Source: Octopus vulgaris (taxonomy: Eukaryota). Taken from it: DNA of 64,000 nt. A model generated the notes under the pieces. That model saw nothing but the letters and a program-made list of their open reading frames with translations. It ran no database searches and was not told the origin of the DNA. Positions within the stretch are counted from its first letter, which is position 1; every line of letters begins with the position of its first letter. The translations under genes were made by a program, and so were the position numbers. This document shows, in pieces, positions 20,041 through 32,533 of this stretch. Location: NCBI GenBank assembly GCA_951406725.2, contig OX597817.1, forward strand, positions 74,524,001 to 74,588,000, given 5' to 3'.

Positions 20041-20420
20041 AGGCACAGGAGTGGCTGTGCGGTAAGTAGCTTGCTTACCAACCACATGGTTCCGGGTTCA
20101 GTCCCACTGCGTGGCACCTTGGATAAGTGTCTTCTACTATAGCCTCGGGCCAACCTAAGCTTTGTGCGTGGATTTGGTAGACGGAAACTGAAAGAAGCTC
20201 GTCGTATATATGTATATGTATGTGTGTGTGTGTATGTTTGTGTGTCTATGTTTGTCCCCCAACATCGCTTGACAGCCGATGTTGGTGTGTTGTTTACGTC
20301 CCTGTAACTTAGCGGTTCGGCAAAAGAGACAGATAGAATAAGTCCTGAGGTCGATTTGCTCGACTAAAGGCGGTGCTCCAGCATGGCCACAGTCAAATGA
20401 CTGAAACAAGTAAAAGAGAT
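20041..20420 (+). mobile_element. Abundant SINE with internal (TA)/(TG) microsatellite and CR1-type tail
   Basis: Head GTGGCTGTGCGGTAAG...GGGTTCAGTCCCAC. Full or partial copies lie at about 14780-14998, 21787-22150(-), 25870-26220(-), 26895-27230(-), 56175-56340 and 57500-57740; RTE-tailed variants at about 10530-10905, 16550-17043, 27505-27860 and 61075-61435(-). Confidence 0.8.
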
Positions 20421-21124
20421 AATTTGTCTGAATTCGTTTGTATATACTAGATAGTATGTGTTTGAAAAGATTTGCAATGCATCAAATTTTCCAGTTTCTT
20501 GACTTGGCATCATTTCATGCAAGAGGCCGTTTTGAATGTTAGCTATTGTTACACACTCCAAAGTCTTTTTTTTTTTACGTGTGTGTGTGTGCTTGCTATC
20601 TGCTACCAATTAAACATTTCCCATTATTCACATTATAAGCCCTCAAAAGTTATCTCCCTTGCATACATTGCTTCCTCAATTCATTTACACATCGTGGCAC
20701 TACGTCGGTTACGATGACGAGGGTTCTAGTTGATCCGATCAAAGGAACAGCCTGCTCGTGAAATTAATGTGCAAGTGGCTGAGCACTCCACATGAAAAAA
20801 CATTAGGAATGTGTATCATCTATGATGCATAGATGCCAGGGAATCCCCTATGTGATACACAGGACAGGCAAAAGGTTAATATTCATAGATAGTGGACTTG
20901 AAATTTGCTATTTCTTTTGCCTTCATCTAACAAGGTCAACAATTAACGCTTGTAGAAAATAACAAAAGAGAAATATTAGGATTGGTTCATGAAAGATCTT
21001 TTATTATTGATGTACAAACAATTTTATAACTAATTAGATCTGCAAAAAAAAAAAAACCCAATAAAATAAAAAGATCTTGTCGAAATTTCCTAATGTTGCT
21101 CATTTGTCCTTAGACATAATTAAT

Positions 21125-21691
21125 TTAAATGTCTGGTCGTTCTTCGGGGTGTTTTAGTTCTTTGTACTTTATATTTGGTGAATAGAACTGAAAAATACAA
21201 ATACAAAAGGAAATGAGAGTTTATGAATTTGGCATATAACAAATAAACATTTCAAGGAGTGGCAATATGCCAGATAACAGAAGTGGATATTTACATAGAA
21301 TAAAACATACAGAACATGGAATAAGATAAACAAATGGAGTTATGTAATAGTCTTATGTAATAGACTATTACATAACCCATTCGGTTTACTTTATTCCTTA
21401 CTCTGTATTTTGTATTTTATGCAATTATTTGCATTAGGCTTATTTGTGTTTAGTTTTTCTTTTTTACCTCCATAACAATAGGATCATTCTTTTGTCTAAC
21501 TTTTAACAGTGGAGGCACTAGTCATGGATGAAGGAGCTGAACTTCAAGTTCTCATCCATCAAAATACTATTCTGCAATATCTCTATCACAATTACTGTGT
21601 TCTACACACTGTGTGTCTGTGTGTGTATTTTGTGTCTAGGGAGAGTCATTACACCAATATGATTAATATGCGCATAGATACAAAAACGACG

Positions 21692-21726
<35 letters not shown>

Positions 21727-24700
21727 GGAGGGAGAAATTTTTTAAATACTGAAATGCTAACAATGATAACGAACCCTAGAGATGATTCTTTTATTCTTTT
21801 ACTTGCTTCAGTCATTTGACTGTGGCCATGCTGGAGCACTGCCTCTAGTCAAGAAAATTAACCCCAGGACTTATTCTTTGTAAGCCCAGTACTTATTCTA
21901 TCAGTCTCTTTTGCCAAACTGCTAAGTTACGGAGATGTAAACACACCAGCATCAGTTGTCAAGCAATGGTGGGGGGCACAAACATATATATATATATATA
22001 TGACAGGCTTCTTTCAGTTTTGATCTGCCAAATCCACTCACAAAGCTTTGGTCAGCCTGAGGCTCTAGTAGAAGACACTTGATCAAGGTGTCATGCAGTG
22101 GGACTGAACCCGGAACCACATGGTTCGTAAGCAAGCTACTTACCACACCGCAATGCTGGTATTTTCTCATAAACTTGAGAAAAGCAAATATCCTTTTCCC
22201 TTTTTTCGCCACTTCTAAAATTATTATGTAAGAAATATTTATGATAAAGGACAACAATAGAAATGTCCAGAAGCACTTTTTCTAATGCACCCAAGAAAAA
22301 TACTGTATTATATACTTGGTCCATTTGGATCTGCTTTTACATTGGTGGCCAAGTTTATCCCCTTTAAACAAAGAAAAAGACCCCTCAACTGAGTGGGATT
22401 ATAGTAGAAAGAGTGGTGGCTTTATGCCAGGTGTTGAGAGGCTTAAGTATGACAGAGGGACAGGTACAAGTGTCTTGCTATAAAGGTGATGCATGGCTGC
22501 TCAACATTATATAAGGTGAGTGGGAATAGCTGTGAAGACAATGAAGGTGGTGATGAGGTGTTAGAGCATACTTTTAAGATACAAGTACATGAGTATAGGA
22601 GAAAATAGAAAGAATCTGGAAGAGGGTACGGATAAGTTCTTTTTTAGAGTACAAAAGGAGAGTGACAGATGCTTAGAGATGAATGTAGTGAATGGGACAA
22701 GATTGGAGGCATGATTAATGGAGGGATATGAGAGTGTCTTGGAAAGGAGGAGGTTAGTGACAGAACAGGGAAGGAAGAGAGCAGCAGGGTAATTAACCTG
22801 TAGGTAATCAGAAAATAGTTGGGATCTTTTCGGTTTGAATGGCAGTTTTTAACATAATTTCTAGGTAACTAAAAAATTTTAAACTTCGTATACTGGTAGA
22901 ATGTGTTAATAAAACATCTTTTTCTCTTGGCTTTATTTAGAAAATTCTATAGTTTGTAAGATATTTGTTGTTTTTCTTCTTCAATTTTCTTCAAAATCAG
23001 TTCATTATTTTATTGTGAGTGAATTTTGATGATTTCTGCCTTTCGCCAGTTTAATTTTAATTCAACTATATGACTCTGACCATAAACTTAACCTAAATGT
23101 TAAATTTCATCAAAATCGAATGAATCCTGTAAAAGCTTATTGATTTCTTAAAATACCCCATTCATGCGCAATTATGACCTAAGAGTAAAATTAAGTACTT
23201 CGACACATGAAACATCAATTACTCATATAATGTATTGGGATTTAAAAGTCAATGGAATATTTTCACGTAAATGGTCACATGGATTCTATTTTATGATATA
23301 ACCTCAACACTTTTCTTTGGATTTTGCTGAGATTTGGACACATTGATCAATTTTGTACAGAGGGTGGCATTAAGGTGAGAGAAATAAACAAACATCACTC
23401 TCAACAGGTCTAAATACACCCAAAAGTTTGACTGCGATTTCAGACGGTCCAGTATGTAGGAGTATGTCAAAAGCATTAACCGGGTAAAATCCCTGCCAAA
23501 CCAGAAATAACATCTTAATGGGTAATGCAGAAGATTTCAATACAAGGTCAGAGGTGGGCTTAACTTCAACATGCAAAACACAAGCAATGCCGGGTCCAAC
23601 AGCTAGTTGTTAATAAATAACTACAGCTTAATTAAGCATCAAAAATCTTTTGTTTGTATTAAATTCTAGCATAGTTAAAAATAACAAGCATTTCCTAAAC
23701 ACTTTCCAGAGAGGCAGTGTGGTTTCAACCTTAAGTTAATAAGCAGATGAGAGAGAAATTTCTCACTAGATAGATTGCTAGTCTATATTTGCAGATAATC
23801 CAATATCGATCCTTGGGATTTAGAACTAAGGTAACAGAGCTGGACAACAATACTTTGCCCAGAAAAATAAACGTCTATCAGGTTTTTTCCATTGATTAAC
23901 CCTTTAGCATTTAAACCAGCCGTATCTGGCCTCTCACACTTACCTACAATGTTATTTTGAAAATAAGTAATTACATCATTGAAATCTCAAAGCCACAAGT
24001 TAATGCAGGATTAATTTCAAACAATATGAATAAATAAGCATTACATTTGACAGAGTAATCAGAACATCAAAAGGTTAAACTTTTTGTTCTCATGTTTATG
24101 GTCACTCACCATTTTAAAAATAATCAAAAATTATTAAAATAACTTTGTCACTATTAAGCTGATGCTTACAATATAAATTAACATGAAATTTTGATGGAAG
24201 GTTTTAAATCACTTTAAAACAAGAGATTTGTATCAAAATGTCAAAGGGTGGTTTCAGATGACTTGGTAGCAACAGAGTTAAACAAAGAATGATTTTACCT
24301 TATACTGGTGTGTAGGGGACACTTGAGTCCATGGGAGTTCAGAGCTCTTTGTCCAGCTTTTAGAGAATACAAAGAAAGAAGATGTTAACTTACAAATTTA
24401 TGATTATTTTCATATCTTCAATTTCATTATAATCTATGATGAATGAGTAAATTAGAATCACCATAATAACAGATGGGAAGCTGTGAATAGTTACGTTTCA
24501 AGAGAAGGATAAAATTCTAAAGAAAGCTTGACCAAGGTATAAAGAGCAGGAAGTATGACAATATGTGTACCAGTAGATAACATGTCCAAGCTGAGATGGC
24601 CTGGGTTGGCTGAAGAGAAAATTTGTGATGGAAAGTTTGCTTATCAAGCAACAGCCTTTTCATGTATTCAATTTTTTGCCAAACTTGGATCGATATTCTA

Positions 24701-24941
24701 TAGTGCAGGATTTCAAAACTATATAAAGCGCCAGATGTGTCAAGGGCCAAATTTCTCTGTAGTTGAGAAGTCTTAATATAGATATGGTGAAAGGTCATAA
24801 GAGTTAAGATGTTTAGAAACTGCTCAAAAGAGGATACTGTGATTTGGATTTCCAGCGATAAATAATATTTCAATATCATGCACTATGTACTATATTATAC
24901 TACATTAGCAACACCCTGTTTCAGAATATGTTAAAGGCCTT

Positions 24942-24991
<50 letters not shown>

Positions 24992-27900
24992 ATGAACATG
25001 TAGGGTGATGGGATAGTCAAAAACATTAAAAAAAAAGTGAGCCATTCTTATTTTGGTCAATATAAATGACCAGTTGAGGCTTCAAACATTCCTCCCTGTC
25101 TGGCCACTAGAGCAAGTGATGGAAAGTACCGCCATTTTACATCAAAGAAATATCAATACCAAAATACTAAGACATATTTTTCTTAAATAAAACTACCTGA
25201 AGATGTATTTATGGAGACTGATTCATAAAAATAGCTGCTTCACAACAACAGCTTACTACAACTACTGTAAGCATCTATCAGAGTGGATAATCACGGGAAA
25301 ATCAGAAAAAAGTCTCTCAACAGACTGCATATGATATCAATATATTTAAACATATCAAAGCACTTGTGGTAAGAAGCTTGCTTCCCAAATACATGGCTCC
25401 AGGTTCAGCTCCATATCAAACCATCCATCCCATACCAGCATGGAAAGTGGACATGAAACGATGATGATGATTATCATTATTATAAACTACTTTTCAATCC
25501 AATCTTGTGTTTTTACCAGGTCATGCTACTGTTGAAAAGAAGAGAAGTAAAACTAGAAATCACATTCATTTTTGGTAGAATATCCCATCGTATGGCCTAG
25601 TTGTTAGAGTGTTGCATCCATGATTGCAAGATCATAGTTTCAGTTTCTGAATGAAGCAGTACATTCTTCTTGGATGCGTGGCACACCATGTACCCGTACA
25701 GGCAATGTCAATTTTGATAGAGGGAGTGAGCTGATGTATAACACAAAGACTTGATCATTATAAACGAATCAAAAACTTGTGGAACCTTTATCTGTCGTTT
25801 ACAACAGGAGAGTCTACCATAACTAAGCTATATATATATATATAACAGTATATGCATGTCTGTTATCGTTTCTCTTTTACTTGTTTCAGTCATTAGCCTT
25901 TGGCCATGGTGGGACACCACATTGAAGAATTTTTGTTCTAATGAATCAACCCCCAATACTTATTTTCTTAAAATCTAGTACTCATTCTATTGGTCTCTTT
26001 TGCTGAACAGCTAAGTTATAGGGACATAAACACATGAACACCAGTTGTCAACACACACACAATGGTCTTCTTTCAGTTTCCATATGCCAAATCCACTGAC
26101 ATGGCTTTGGTAAGCCTGAAGCAATAGAAGACACTTGCCCAAGGTTCCACACAGTGGGACTGAACCCAGAACCATTTGATCAAGAAGTAAGCCTCTTACC
26201 ACAATCATGCCTGCACCTGTCTCAAAGAAATTTAAATAAAAATAATACTTAATGTAGCAATCTTTCTGAATCTGAATCATGTTTCCAAAACAATCTAACT
26301 TTCCACATCTTCCCAAGTATAGCTAAATTTTTCTTTACCATAACATTTACCAAAATGAGAAGCCTCCCTGTACTAATATAATATTGCTCTCAGGAATCCA
26401 GTATGAGTACACACTGATTTTACTCATAACCACATTAATACAGCAATCATGCATTGTCTTAAAAAATAAAAATAAAGTAAATGACAACTAACCTGACATC
26501 AAGAGACCTTGTGGCTAACCTTGTAATATAAAAAAAGGCACCTGCCATTCCAGCGCCAACAAACACATAGAGAGGTACCAGCTGAAAAATTTTCAGTTAA
26601 CATGTTAGTTTGCTTAATATCATTAAACATCAAAATAATTTTCTTTTTTTTTTCACAAAATAATGTTAAATGATGATGCTAGTAGTGATGATAATATTAA
26701 CCCTATTGTTACCAGATTTCTAGAGAAATACACAACCTTTGTTTCAATTGATTTTGAAAATAATGATGAATTTAGTGGAAATAATTTTGTTAGTATTAAG
26801 ATGGTGTTTGGAACAAATGAAATTTTGATAGGTTTAAATATAGATAACTTTAAAACAGGGAAATAGTATCAAAGAACCAAGGGTGGTTTTGACCATTGGA
26901 TGGCAGCCATACTGGGGCACCATCTTAAAGGGTTTTTAGTCAACTCAACCCCAGTGCTTTTTTTTTTATATAAGCCTGGTACTTATTCTACTGCTTCTTT
27001 TGCAAAATCACTAAGTTATGGAGATGTAAACAAACCAACACCAAATGTCAAGCAGTGGTGAGGAACAAACATAAACACTAAAACACACACAAACATATCA
27101 CAGACTTCTTTCAGTTTCCGCCTACCAAATCCACTTAGAAGGCTTTGGTCAAACTGGGACTAAAGTAGAAGACACTTGCCCAAGATTCCAAGCAATGGGA
27201 CTGAACCTAGAACTATGTGGTTGGGAGGCTCTTTCATCTTTCCTTCATCACAAGGTAATCTGTAAATCAAGACTCGCAAGAAAGATTTTTTAAATTAGCA
27301 CAGAAGAATTTAATTTTCCACAAATAAGCTCTTTTCAAAGTTTAAGTTCATATCTGCCTCTGATGCTAACAATGTACTATTTAGATATGAAAATATTCAT
27401 CTTTGTTCTTTCTCGATAATCTTGGAAAATACTTTATAGTTTTCCACTTCATTTATAGAAAATCCAGCAATTTTCAGCTGATATCTCAGGAATGGCTATA
27501 GGGATAGGCACAGTTATATGTTTAAGAAGTTAGCTTCCCAACCATTTAGTTTAAAATTTACTGCCACTACAAAGGCACTTTGGGCAGGTGTCTTCCAGTA
27601 TAGCTCTGAGCTCCCCAAAACCATGCGAGTAAATTTGGTTGATAGAAAATGAAAGAAGTCCGTTGTGCATATATATATACACATGTATGAGTAGTAGTGT
27701 CTCCTTATTTTGACATCAAGTAATAGTTGTACATAGGTGTCACTTACAGAAATGGTGACCATCATTCCTAATATTTTGTAAAAGAATGTCTGGCAATGGG
27801 GAAATATCACACTACTTGCAAACAGGTGAAGGAAAACTGGATGTTAAAACGATGATGATAATCTCATGGCCTTGGATTTAAGTTCACTTACACTAGTTAT

Positions 27901-29576
27901 TTGTGACTTGGATCTCTTACATTCAACACATTCATCTTAAGTTGGTCAGTGTTTGTAACAATTCTTTTTCTTTGTTCTTAAGATTTACATTTTCATTTTT
28001 CTAATCAGTTACTACTGCTATTATCTAGACACTTAATTACAACGAAACTTTTATCTCAAAAAAAAAAAAAAAATGTCAATCGCTGTCGTTATCAGCTTGG
28101 TTTCTCAATCTTTGAGATGTGTTCTTAGAAGCTAAAAATGTTTCCATGCCCTTGCATCAGCAGACTGTTATGTCTCTGACATCGGCGAAAGACCGAAAAA
28201 TAATTCTTTAAAAAATGCATATATAATGTCGCAGTTCGAATGAATGCTTGCACAAGAAAATGTTCTCAATAACATTGCGTCATTGCATGTATCCTCTCTA
28301 CTCAGGCCTTACAGTCTTTGATAACCTTTCAAAAAGATTCTAACCTTCAACACACACGGAATGGTGACATCTGATATATAAACAGCCGAGAATAAATAAT
28401 TCGCCCACCTGTTATGCCGCCAGCTAATTCTCACTCAGATTACACCCCAACGTCTCAAAAAAGAAAAGATGATGAGACAATATCGCTCTAGTTATTTCAA
28501 AAGACGGCATGGTCACACGTCTCAAAAGAGAAAAGAATAATGAGACATTATCGCTCTGGTTATTTAAAAAGACGGTGGCATGGTCACACAGGAGGGTCTT
28601 TCATCGGTATTATTTGATTCTTTCATCATATACCTGGGTGATCATGGCTAATTTGGAGTTAAACCACCACCATCACTAACCAACACCCAATAATTGGTTT
28701 GTAGAGGAACTTTATACTTTCTTAGGTTTCCTTGCAACCACCCATTGGGACTTTAGCTATGCTTGTGTTAAATTATTAGCAGTAGCATCTGGCAATTCCT
28801 ATCCAAGCCATACGTTAATTTCATTTGCCTCCTTTTAGATAATTTTTCTTTTCCTTTGTTTGAATTTGGAAACATACCAATCCCATCTTAAGCAAGAGTT
28901 AGTATTACTCCACACCCACTAATCTAAGAAAGCAAAATAAATAAAATAAACATACACAAACAACAGGGCATGTGACCGTAGACTAGCATCTTCAAAATAA
29001 ATGAATGAAAATAAAAGGTAAAATATTTAACAAAAGTAACCTTCATGAAGGACACAGAAGTGAGAGGTTAAAGTAAACAACTTTAGGACAAATTCATACA
29101 TCAAACAATTAACATTTTAACATAAACACATATTGAAAATGCTATCTTGGAGTGCTTTCAACATTATAAAACGTTTTCGTAATCAGAATTAAAATTATAA
29201 CACTTTTAAAGGATAACAAAAACTTTGCGTGAAGTGTAAAATAAAACATCTTTTAAGAGGGAGAGTAAAGGGCAGAGGGAAAGGAGGAGGTGAGACAGTT
29301 AATTCTATTACCTTATTAATTAATGGAAATATTAATTGGGATTTTTTTTTTCTGAAAATAAGGGGAAAATGTTCCTAAAACGTTAGCGAGATAAACAAAA
29401 TAGAAACAGACGAGTCTTATATTCCTTCGCATTAATAGAGTTCTTAAAATTATCATCAACATGAGGAGTGACATTGGTAAATTAAAATAACTTAAAATAG
29501 TTAACAAAGATAAAACTATTTCCAAGATACATACAGATGGGTGAGTCTTCAGACTCTGCAAACTCAATCCTTTCAT
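21125..29576 (-). CDS. NDUFA4: Cytochrome c oxidase subunit NDUFA4 (COXFA4), 4 exons, 83 aa
   Basis: Exons 29576-29535, 26581-26493, 24356-24299 and 21187-21125 give MKGLSLQSLKTHPSLVPLYVFVGAGMAGAFFYITRLATRSLDVSWTKSSELPWTQVSPTHQYKFYSPNIKYKELKHPEERPDI*, with the HPSLxPL, DVxW, PW and QYKFYS hallmarks. AATAAA lies on the minus strand at about 21005-21000. Confidence 0.94.
23000..23606 (+). mobile_element. Helitron-like 3' end (5' boundary uncertain)
   Basis: GCAATGCCGGGTCCAACAGCTAG|T resembles the hairpin + CTAG terminus of the other Helitrons in the window. Confidence 0.45.
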
Positions 29577-29916
29577 TGTTAGTTGAAATTCAAAATTCCC
29601 CTGTGAACAATTTACCAGAGATGAAGCTTTCACGAACGTCGGTGGCTGAGATCAGTGACCGGAGGCAGATTTAAGGTCTGCAGTTACTACAATATTAATA
29701 ATTATTTTATGAGCCCTAAATATTTAATCAAATTAATATTTATGATATGCTTTATTTTTTCTGTTTATATGTTGACTTTATATATTTTTTTCTTAAATAA
29801 TTATTTTAGGTTTTTTTCTCCGATGTTATAGAGGTTAACTTCCGGTTATGTATACCACTATGTTATGTGTTGAACCAAAATATTAGCAACTGGGAATTGT
29901 GAAAACTGCTAATAAA
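29577..29916. promoter_or_regulatory. Putative bidirectional promoter, NDUFA4/PHF14, with ETS/GABP-type site
   Basis: 340 bp between divergent ATGs; ACTTCCGGT at 29838-29846. Confidence 0.7.
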
Positions 29917-32135
29917 ATGTCTGAAGATTTAAGTATAGACGGTGTTGACCCCAGTGTGGGCTTTTTATATAAAACAATGCGTAAGTAGTTTATGCCTTTG
30001 TTTTACATCCATCTCTTGTTACTCTCACGGGATTTCGGCTCTAATTTTCTGCTGTGACATTTGGGGATGGAATTGGTAAAAGCCGGTTATTTCTTGGAAA
30101 TGCCTTTCTGTTTTTGCATCTAATCTCCTCTTTCGCTAATCATTAACTCTAATCTCAAAACAGATAAACTTATAGCAAACAGATATACAACTTTCCTTTT
30201 GTTCGTTTCTTGTTTCTTTTTTTTTATGACCAACTCTATAGAAAATTGTTTTGTTCTGATTTTTTTTTTTATGTAGAAATTAGTGTTTCGGTTTGAAATA
30301 TTGTTAAATGATTGTCACATTTCGAGAAATAAATTAGTACATTTTTTTTTCACTTTTACTTGACTTTCAGTTTCGTTTCTAAAATTATTAAAGAATTTGG
30401 TTAATTTAGAATAATGAAAAAAAAAACAAACAAACAAAATCAACAAAAGAATTGTGCAATAGCAGATTGTGCCTTTATGAAAATGGCCTGAAGTTTGCAC
30501 ATCATTGATAAATCACCCGCAGCCATGGGTTACCTAAGTCCAACATTACAAGAAGCTTGTTGCAGTTTCATAGAAATAATTTCCCCTGGACATATTCCTT
30601 TGTTATATGATGTATATTATTTTCCTTTATCAATCATGCTGATATCCGATTTTTAAAAGATCTGATGCTATTATCTATCAATTTAGACAATTTCTTGAAA
30701 TTCTGTCCAATTGGCGCTTGTAATCAGAACATTGACGCATCAAAAGAACCCTTGTAATTCTTGAAAGATGAGGTTCTGCAGTATCAAAAATTGATTAAAA
30801 CTTCCAGACTTTATTATTGCTATATATATATATATAATTCTTGTTCCAACCCTACTAGTTTTACGCGGTTACTAGAATTAGAAGACATAGGCCATAAAAG
30901 ATGTTGCATAATGTAAAAAAAAAACTCTGCTTTGTAATTATACATTTACTAATTATGCATTTGTGTATGTGTGTTTCAGTTTCCATTCTCCAATATTTTT
31001 CAGTCGATTAATTCTCTAAATATTTCGAAAGTTAAACACTATATCAGAACATCTCTTTATTTCTTCCCCCACCTCCGCGCGCGCGCACACACATATGTGC
31101 GTATGTGTGTGAATATTTAAACATGAATATATATTTTCTCTTTATTTCTAATTAAGAGAAGTTACAAACTGACTCAAAGGTTGAAAGTTTCGTGCATGGC
31201 ACTAACCCATATATGTATGTATATATAACATATGTACAAACACGTGTGTGTGTTTATGTATGTATTAAGAAAGTTTCAAAAATAAGTCAAGGCTTAAAAA
31301 TTTCTTTTGATAGGTACCATGCATGAGACTTTCTGCCCTTGAGTCACTTTTCTAACATTTGCCAATTGAAAAAATACCAACATATATCACAGACAAAACT
31401 CTTCCCCTATTAGCCATAGTAATCATGGATAATACCCAACCTACCCTCCTTATTTGATGGACCAATAACCAGAATAGTTTAGTTTTGTGAAAGTGCTTTT
31501 CCTACCTACCAACACAACTTCCTCTCTTATGCTCATGTACCAGCAGGTCATTTCAAATTGAAAAAAGGAAAAAAAAAAAAAAAAAAACTCTATACAAAGG
31601 CTCTCTTTTGAAAATGTATTCAGGCCACTTCTTCCAATGATGTGACCCTAAAAGACTATTGGAAAAGTAAGCTCAATAGCAGTGTTAATGATTGTAGCTG
31701 TTTGAAAGGAGATTTCAGCATGTTGTTCACATGCTGCTTGGAGCTCAGCATGGCTTGAAGCTGTGCCTCCAAGAGACGTTAAAGCCTTTGAGGGAGTGGA
31801 AGAAGAGTCTGCTGTACAAAATATTATGTCTGAGCAATTCCATGAGCCTATCAAACAATGAATAACCTGGACCTCTCTATAAGGAGAATTACAAATAAAT
31901 TGATATATGCACACACACGTGTGTGTGTATATTTATGTATTTACTATTGATGGATGAACAAAATACAAACATCATTTCATGCTATTATGTAGAATTCAGA
32001 CATGGCTCAGAATGGATTACTCCTCTTTATGTGTGTTTCAATTACTCATGTAACAAACATTTTGATTAATGAACAGAGGCTTTGGAATGGATTGTTTGCA
32101 CATAAAGACCCTGTTGTGTATGTGTGTGTGTGTTG

Positions 32136-32166
<31 letters not shown>

Positions 32167-32407
32167 TAATATTTAGCAGGAGCAACAGAGTGACTCAAAA
32201 TCCAAGAGTTTTGTGCATTGGTATTTATCACCTGCACTAAATATTAATAAAAATATACATATACTCATATTTTGAGTTATATTTTTCCTGTTTGCATCAC
32301 CATACCCATATATGTATATATGCTCCACCTTATACACACACACACACACACATGTAGATAAATGTGTGGTGTGTGTATATATTCGTGTTTATGTGCATTG
32401 ACCTGGT

Positions 32408-32450
<43 letters not shown>

Positions 32451-32490
32451 ATGTGTATGCATATATATATGTGTGTGTATTTCCATTTAT

Positions 32491-32533
<43 letters not shown>

